From an uncultured Pleurocapsa sp. (GTDB lineage Bacteria > Cyanobacteriota > Cyanobacteriia > Cyanobacteriales > Xenococcaceae), in NCBI GenBank assembly GCA_938015355.1, contig CALLPS010000180.1:1-50844 (forward strand): DNA of 50,844 bases, written 5' to 3'. The first letter of the stretch is position 1; each line of letters starts with the position of its first letter. Positions 46,726 to 50,844 of this stretch are shown here, in pieces. A program made the position numbers and the translations under genes. The notes beneath the pieces are model-generated. The model ran no database searches. It saw only the letters and a list, made by a program, of their open reading frames with translations, and was not told the origin of the DNA.

Positions 46726-47880
46726 ATGAAAGTAGCCTTGGTACACGATTATCTAACGCAAAACGGTGGTGCAGAGAGAGTATTCGAACTGTTGTGTCGA
46801 TTCTTTAAACAGGCTGATGTTTACTCTTCCGTATACAACGAAAGTACTACAATTGATGTTCAAGGGCATCCAGTTAAGACAACTTTCCTCCAGAAAATTC
46901 CTGGAGCAAGGAAGAATTTCCGTTTGTTCGCGCCTCTGTATTATTCTGCATTTCGCAGACTTAATCTTGAAGAATACGATTTAATCATCAGTAGTACATC
47001 AAGCTTTGCCAAAGGAGTAAAGAAAAGACCGGGGGCAATGCACATTTGTTTTTGTCACAATGTAACCCGATTTTTATGGGATACAAGGACTTATCTGGAA
47101 GAATATAGTGCCTTTCGCCAGTTGACTCCTTTAATTAAGCCGATACTTAAGTCTATGCGGCAAGAAGATTTGAAGTATGCTAAGGAACCAGATCTCTACA
47201 TTGCCAATTCCTCAACCGTTGCCAAAAGAATCCAGCGGACTTACCAGAGAAAATCATTAGTAATTAACTATCCGATTGATACCAACAAATTTATTTTTTC
47301 CACTCAAAAGGAAGATTTCTATTTAATTTCTTCGCGGATGATCAGTTATAAGAGACTAGACATTGCTGTGGAAGCATTTAATTGGTTAGGTTTGCCCCTA
47401 GTTATTACGGGAGACGGACCAGAGAGAAAACGACTAGAAGCAATGTCCCTAAGTAACATCAAATTTTTAGGCTATGTCAGTGACGAGTGGCGAACTCACT
47501 TGATGGCAAAGGCAAAAGCGGTTGTGGTTACTGCCCTTGAGGATTACGGTTTAGTACCAATTGAAGCTAATGCTAGTGGAACTCCTGTCATAGCCTATGG
47601 CGCTGGGGGAGTTTTAGATACTCAAATTCTTGGCAAGACAGGGATGCTGTTCTCGCCCCAATCTCCTGATGCCTTACAAACAGCAATTAAGGAAGTGGAA
47701 AATCGCACCTGGGACTATGAAGCAATTAGAGCTCATGCAGTTGATAATTTTTCTGAGGCGGTATTTTTTCAGCAAGTAGTTAAAGTTATCCAAGAGTTCT
47801 GTGGTCAATCAATTTTGGAGCAATTAGATATTGATTCTCAATGCTTGGAAAGTAATGTTGCGTTAGGAGTAGGAAAATGA
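46726..47880 (+). CDS. GT4 family glycosyltransferase
   Basis: MKVALVHDYL...GGAERV, EDYGLVPIEANASGTPVIAY. Confidence 0.9.
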   Translation: MKVALVHDYLTQNGGAERVFELLCRFFKQADVYSSVYNESTTIDVQGHPVKTTFLQKIPGARKNFRLFAPLYYSAFRRLNLEEYDLIISSTSSFAKGVKKRPGAMHICFCHNVTRFLWDTRTYLEEYSAFRQLTPLIKPILKSMRQEDLKYAKEPDLYIANSSTVAKRIQRTYQRKSLVINYPIDTNKFIFSTQKEDFYLISSRMISYKRLDIAVEAFNWLGLPLVITGDGPERKRLEAMSLSNIKFLGYVSDEWRTHLMAKAKAVVVTALEDYGLVPIEANASGTPVIAYGAGGVLDTQILGKTGMLFSPQSPDALQTAIKEVENRTWDYEAIRAHAVDNFSEAVFFQQVVKVIQEFCGQSILEQLDIDSQCLESNVALGVGK

Positions 47881-50108
47881 ATCAAGGTAACTGGGAACTA
47901 GAAACTCAAAATGATTTAGGTTATCGGCAACTTTTTGACACCATTTGGCATCGACGCTACTGCGTTGCAGGTGTTGTGGGTGGAGTTATGGCGATCGCTA
48001 TTCCTCTCGCTCTCACAAAAAAGCCTGTTTATCAAAGCTATATGCAGGTTTTGCCAGAATCTAATTATCAGTCAAAAGAATATACTGGTCGAGGCAATAA
48101 CGAATTCTTAGATCAGCGATTTACTGATGCTTCGGTTGAAATTGACTATGCAACTCAATTAAAGGTACTGAAAAGTTCAACCATATTAAAAAGAGTAATT
48201 GATAAACTTAATCTAGATAGTTCTGAATTATCTGAAGCAGAAATTGTTGAGGCACTAAGACAATCTCTATTAGTGTCCCAATTAACTGATGAAGTAGTTA
48301 GTAGCAAGTCCAAGAATGGGGGAGAAACAAAGATTATTCAAGCGGCTTATGTTGGTAGTACCCCTGAGGAAACCAAAAGAGTTTTAGAAGCAATTCGCGA
48401 TGTCTACCTGGAATATAACCTAGAGCAGCAAGAAAAACGGCTTAAAGATGGATTAAGCTTTATTGATGCTCAAATCCCTCAAGCACGTCAGGAACTGAGA
48501 AGAGCGGAAATCGGTTTAACCAAGCTAACCCGAGAGTATAATGTGGTCTCTCCCGAAGAAGAAGCGATCGCCATTAAAGAAAATATTAGAAATATTGCTC
48601 AGGAAAGAGAGGCGATTAAAGCAGAAAGAAATCAAGCCCAAGCAAATTCGAGATCTTTAGAGAAACAGCTCGGCTTTTCTTCAGAAAATTCCATGGCTTT
48701 ATCTCGCCTAAGTCAATCTGCTCGCTATCAAAATCTTCTCAATAGATTACAGGAAATCGAAATTGACCTGGCAGATAAGCGCACTATGCATGCTGATGAC
48801 AGTCCTATTATTCAAAACCTCAGCAGTCAAAGGAATAGCCAGAAAGCATTACTGATGGAGGAAGCGAAAATAATTTTAGGTGAAATTCCTCCTGATTTTA
48901 TCAATGAACTATGGACTTTCCGGGAACAGGGAGGATTTGTCGATAGTGATAATCAATTTGTTAACAATATTGCCGAAGCCCAAGCAGGTTTAAATGGTCT
49001 GAAGAAGCGAGATGCTAGCTTGGCAGAGACCGAAAGCAAACTTAAACAAAGACTGACGGAATTTCCTGAGGTAATTGCCCAATACAATAACCTTTCTCAA
49101 GAACAGGAGATAAAAAGAACAGCCTTGCAAAAGTTACTCGAAGCAAAGCAAGAGCTGGAAATAGAATTGAGCCGTGGTGGTTTTAACTGGCAAGTTATCG
49201 AGCCTCCTCAATTGGGAGTTGATGTGGGGGGTAGTCTGGCTAAAGATTTACTCCTCAGCTTGGTGGTGGCATCTTTTTTGGGCGTTAGTACAGCATTTAT
49301 CAGGGAGGCAATGGACGAGCGAATTTCTCAACTGAAAGAGGTTGGGAGCAAGACTGCATTGCCTATTCTTGGTAGCACTCCTGCACTGACTTTACCTGCT
49401 TCTAACCGTTTTGTGACCAAGATTCCATTTTTATCTAGTCACCAAGTGGACTATAACGTTATAGACGTAGTTCAATGGCAGCCTTTCAGAGAAGCTTTGG
49501 ATGTAATTTATGAGAATCTGCGATTGTCAGGTTTAACCTCTACGTTTAATTCTTTAGCTATTACTAGCTCTATTAGTGGGGAAGGCAAATCTACATTTAC
49601 TCTTGGTCTAGCCTTGAGCGCAGCACGCCATCAGCAAAAAGTATTAATAATTGATGCTGACCTGCGAAATCCTAGTCTTCATAGAACTTTTGATCTACCG
49701 AGTCACTCAGGACTAGCTGATTTTTTACTAGGAGAAACTGATGTGCCTCATATTCAACAGGTTTCTCTCTTAGGAGAAAATATTGAGCTAATTCCTTCTG
49801 GTTCTCGACACCAAGATCCCGTCAAGCTGCTTAGTTCTTCTCAATTGTCAAAACTGATTGAGCAATATGCAGCATATTATGACCTAATTTTGGTTGATAC
49901 TCCTCCCGCAATTGGTCGAGTAGATGCAGTTAAGATTGCTTCTATTTGTGATAGTGCTCTATTAATGATGCGTTTAGACAAGATTAAATCCTCAGAACTA
50001 CTAGAGACAGAAGCTTTACTGAGCAAGCTAAATATTTTGGGTGTCGTAGCTAACGATTCCAAGGAATATGAAATCGCAACTCAGAATCTATTACCTCAGC
50101 AAGTTTAA
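47877..50108 (+). CDS. Wzc/GumC polysaccharide co-polymerase with tyrosine-kinase domain
   Basis: Two TM segments around a coiled coil; [24 protein letters not shown]. Confidence 0.9.
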   Translation: MNQGNWELETQNDLGYRQLFDTIWHRRYCVAGVVGGVMAIAIPLALTKKPVYQSYMQVLPESNYQSKEYTGRGNNEFLDQRFTDASVEIDYATQLKVLKSSTILKRVIDKLNLDSSELSEAEIVEALRQSLLVSQLTDEVVSSKSKNGGETKIIQAAYVGSTPEETKRVLEAIRDVYLEYNLEQQEKRLKDGLSFIDAQIPQARQELRRAEIGLTKLTREYNVVSPEEEAIAIKENIRNIAQEREAIKAERNQAQANSRSLEKQLGFSSENSMALSRLSQSARYQNLLNRLQEIEIDLADKRTMHADDSPIIQNLSSQRNSQKALLMEEAKIILGEIPPDFINELWTFREQGGFVDSDNQFVNNIAEAQAGLNGLKKRDASLAETESKLKQRLTEFPEVIAQYNNLSQEQEIKRTALQKLLEAKQELEIELSRGGFNWQVIEPPQLGVDVGGSLAKDLLLSLVVASFLGVSTAFIREAMDERISQLKEVGSKTALPILGSTPALTLPASNRFVTKIPFLSSHQVDYNVIDVVQWQPFREALDVIYENLRLSGLTSTFNSLAITSSISGEGKSTFTLGLALSAARHQQKVLIIDADLRNPSLHRTFDLPSHSGLADFLLGETDVPHIQQVSLLGENIELIPSGSRHQDPVKLLSSSQLSKLIEQYAAYYDLILVDTPPAIGRVDAVKIASICDSALLMMRLDKIKSSELLETEALLSKLNILGVVANDSKEYEIATQNLLPQQV

Positions 50109-50122
50109 ATCTTATTTTAATA

Positions 50123-50844
50123 ATGATTGACAATATCTTACTTCAAACTTCCAGGATGTTGACTCTAGATATAGATTCAGCAAAGCCCCAGAGCTATCTA
50201 CCTGTCTGTGATTTAAAATGGCGACGCAAAAACCTATTGGTAAAAAGCTTATCGAGTGATGCTGAATATGATTTTCTAGCTCTGACCAGGAAGCAATGGA
50301 TTGAAAGTTGTCTCAGTAATTCTTGGATTAAGCGAGTCTGTGTTGATCGAGCATTAGGGGAACAAGGAATTAAACTATGGGCAGACACTTGCCAAAAAGC
50401 GAATAAGCCGATATTTGTGCGTATCCCCTCTAATAGCAATTTACCTGGTTGCTGTAAAACTAACTACTGGCGATTTAAGAGGGTTTTGGACTGGGTAGTT
50501 GCGGCAATTATTTTAACTTTAGTGAGTCCGCTAATGATTATATTGACTTTTCTGGTTAAAGTTTCGACTCCTGGTCCCATATTTTTTAGCCAGTGGCGAG
50601 TGGGAACCAGAGGAAAACTATTCAAAATGTATAAATTCCGCACTATGGTCGTGGATGCGGAATCAAAACATCATCAGCTGATGGGTAATCAAAATGGCTT
50701 ACACAAGCTGGAAAATGATCCACGCATAACCTCTCTTGGCAATTGGTTGCGAAAATACAGTCTTGACGAATTACCTCAGTTATTCAACGTTTTACGGGGA
50801 GAAATGAGTCTAGTTGGGCCTCGACCATGGGCTTTATATGATGC
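50123..50844 (+). CDS. HepC-like priming sugar transferase (runs off the window)
   Basis: Hand translation from ATG 50123: ...FKRVLD...[11 protein letters not shown]...YKFRTM...[33 protein letters not shown]. Confidence 0.88.
   Translation, partial: MIDNILLQTSRMLTLDIDSAKPQSYLPVCDLKWRRKNLLVKSLSSDAEYDFLALTRKQWIESCLSNSWIKRVCVDRALGEQGIKLWADTCQKANKPIFVRIPSNSNLPGCCKTNYWRFKRVLDWVVAAIILTLVSPLMIILTFLVKVSTPGPIFFSQWRVGTRGKLFKMYKFRTMVVDAESKHHQLMGNQNGLHKLENDPRITSLGNWLRKYSLDELPQLFNVLRGEMSLVGPRPWALYD

Noticed and set aside
50194-50439. 81-aa minus-strand ORF
   Set aside because: Antisense to the HepC-like sugar transferase.
1-50844. GCGATCGC recurrences as a novel repeat; tRNA, rRNA or intact transposase genes
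   Set aside because: The octamer is the known cyanobacterial HIP1; no tRNA, rRNA or full transposase was recognised by eye.

Overview
AT-rich cyanobacterial chromosome segment (frequent HIP1 GCGATCGC octamers; chlI, petL, phytochrome genes). Left part: end of dusB, a probable NtcA-repressed pair of small nitrogen-regulatory genes (DUF4278 and PirA-like) with a structured intergenic RNA candidate, coaE, a GMC oxidase plus Cys-nucleophile alpha/beta-hydrolase pair, a GC-rich nitroreductase-like gene, a YihQ-like GH31 glycosidase, and a biliverdin-type phytochrome with its response regulator facing a DXCF cyanobacteriochrome kinase, with a DUF262 + HEPN candidate defence cassette between them. 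Middle: mlaD/mlaF, aqpZ, chlI, an isolated scyA-scyC pair, cobH, an unannotated petL, a Uma2 nuclease fusion and a DnaJ-TPR-WD40 gene. Right part: an ~11 kb minus-strand lasso peptide cluster (RRE, B2 peptidase, two cyclases each followed by its own precursor, one of which is missing from the ORF track, plus HPr-like kinase, unknown secreted protein, ABC exporter and nucleotidyltransferase) abutting glycosyltransferase, NB-ARC and Wzc/HepC-type exopolysaccharide genes. All family calls come from motif recognition by eye; no searches were run.
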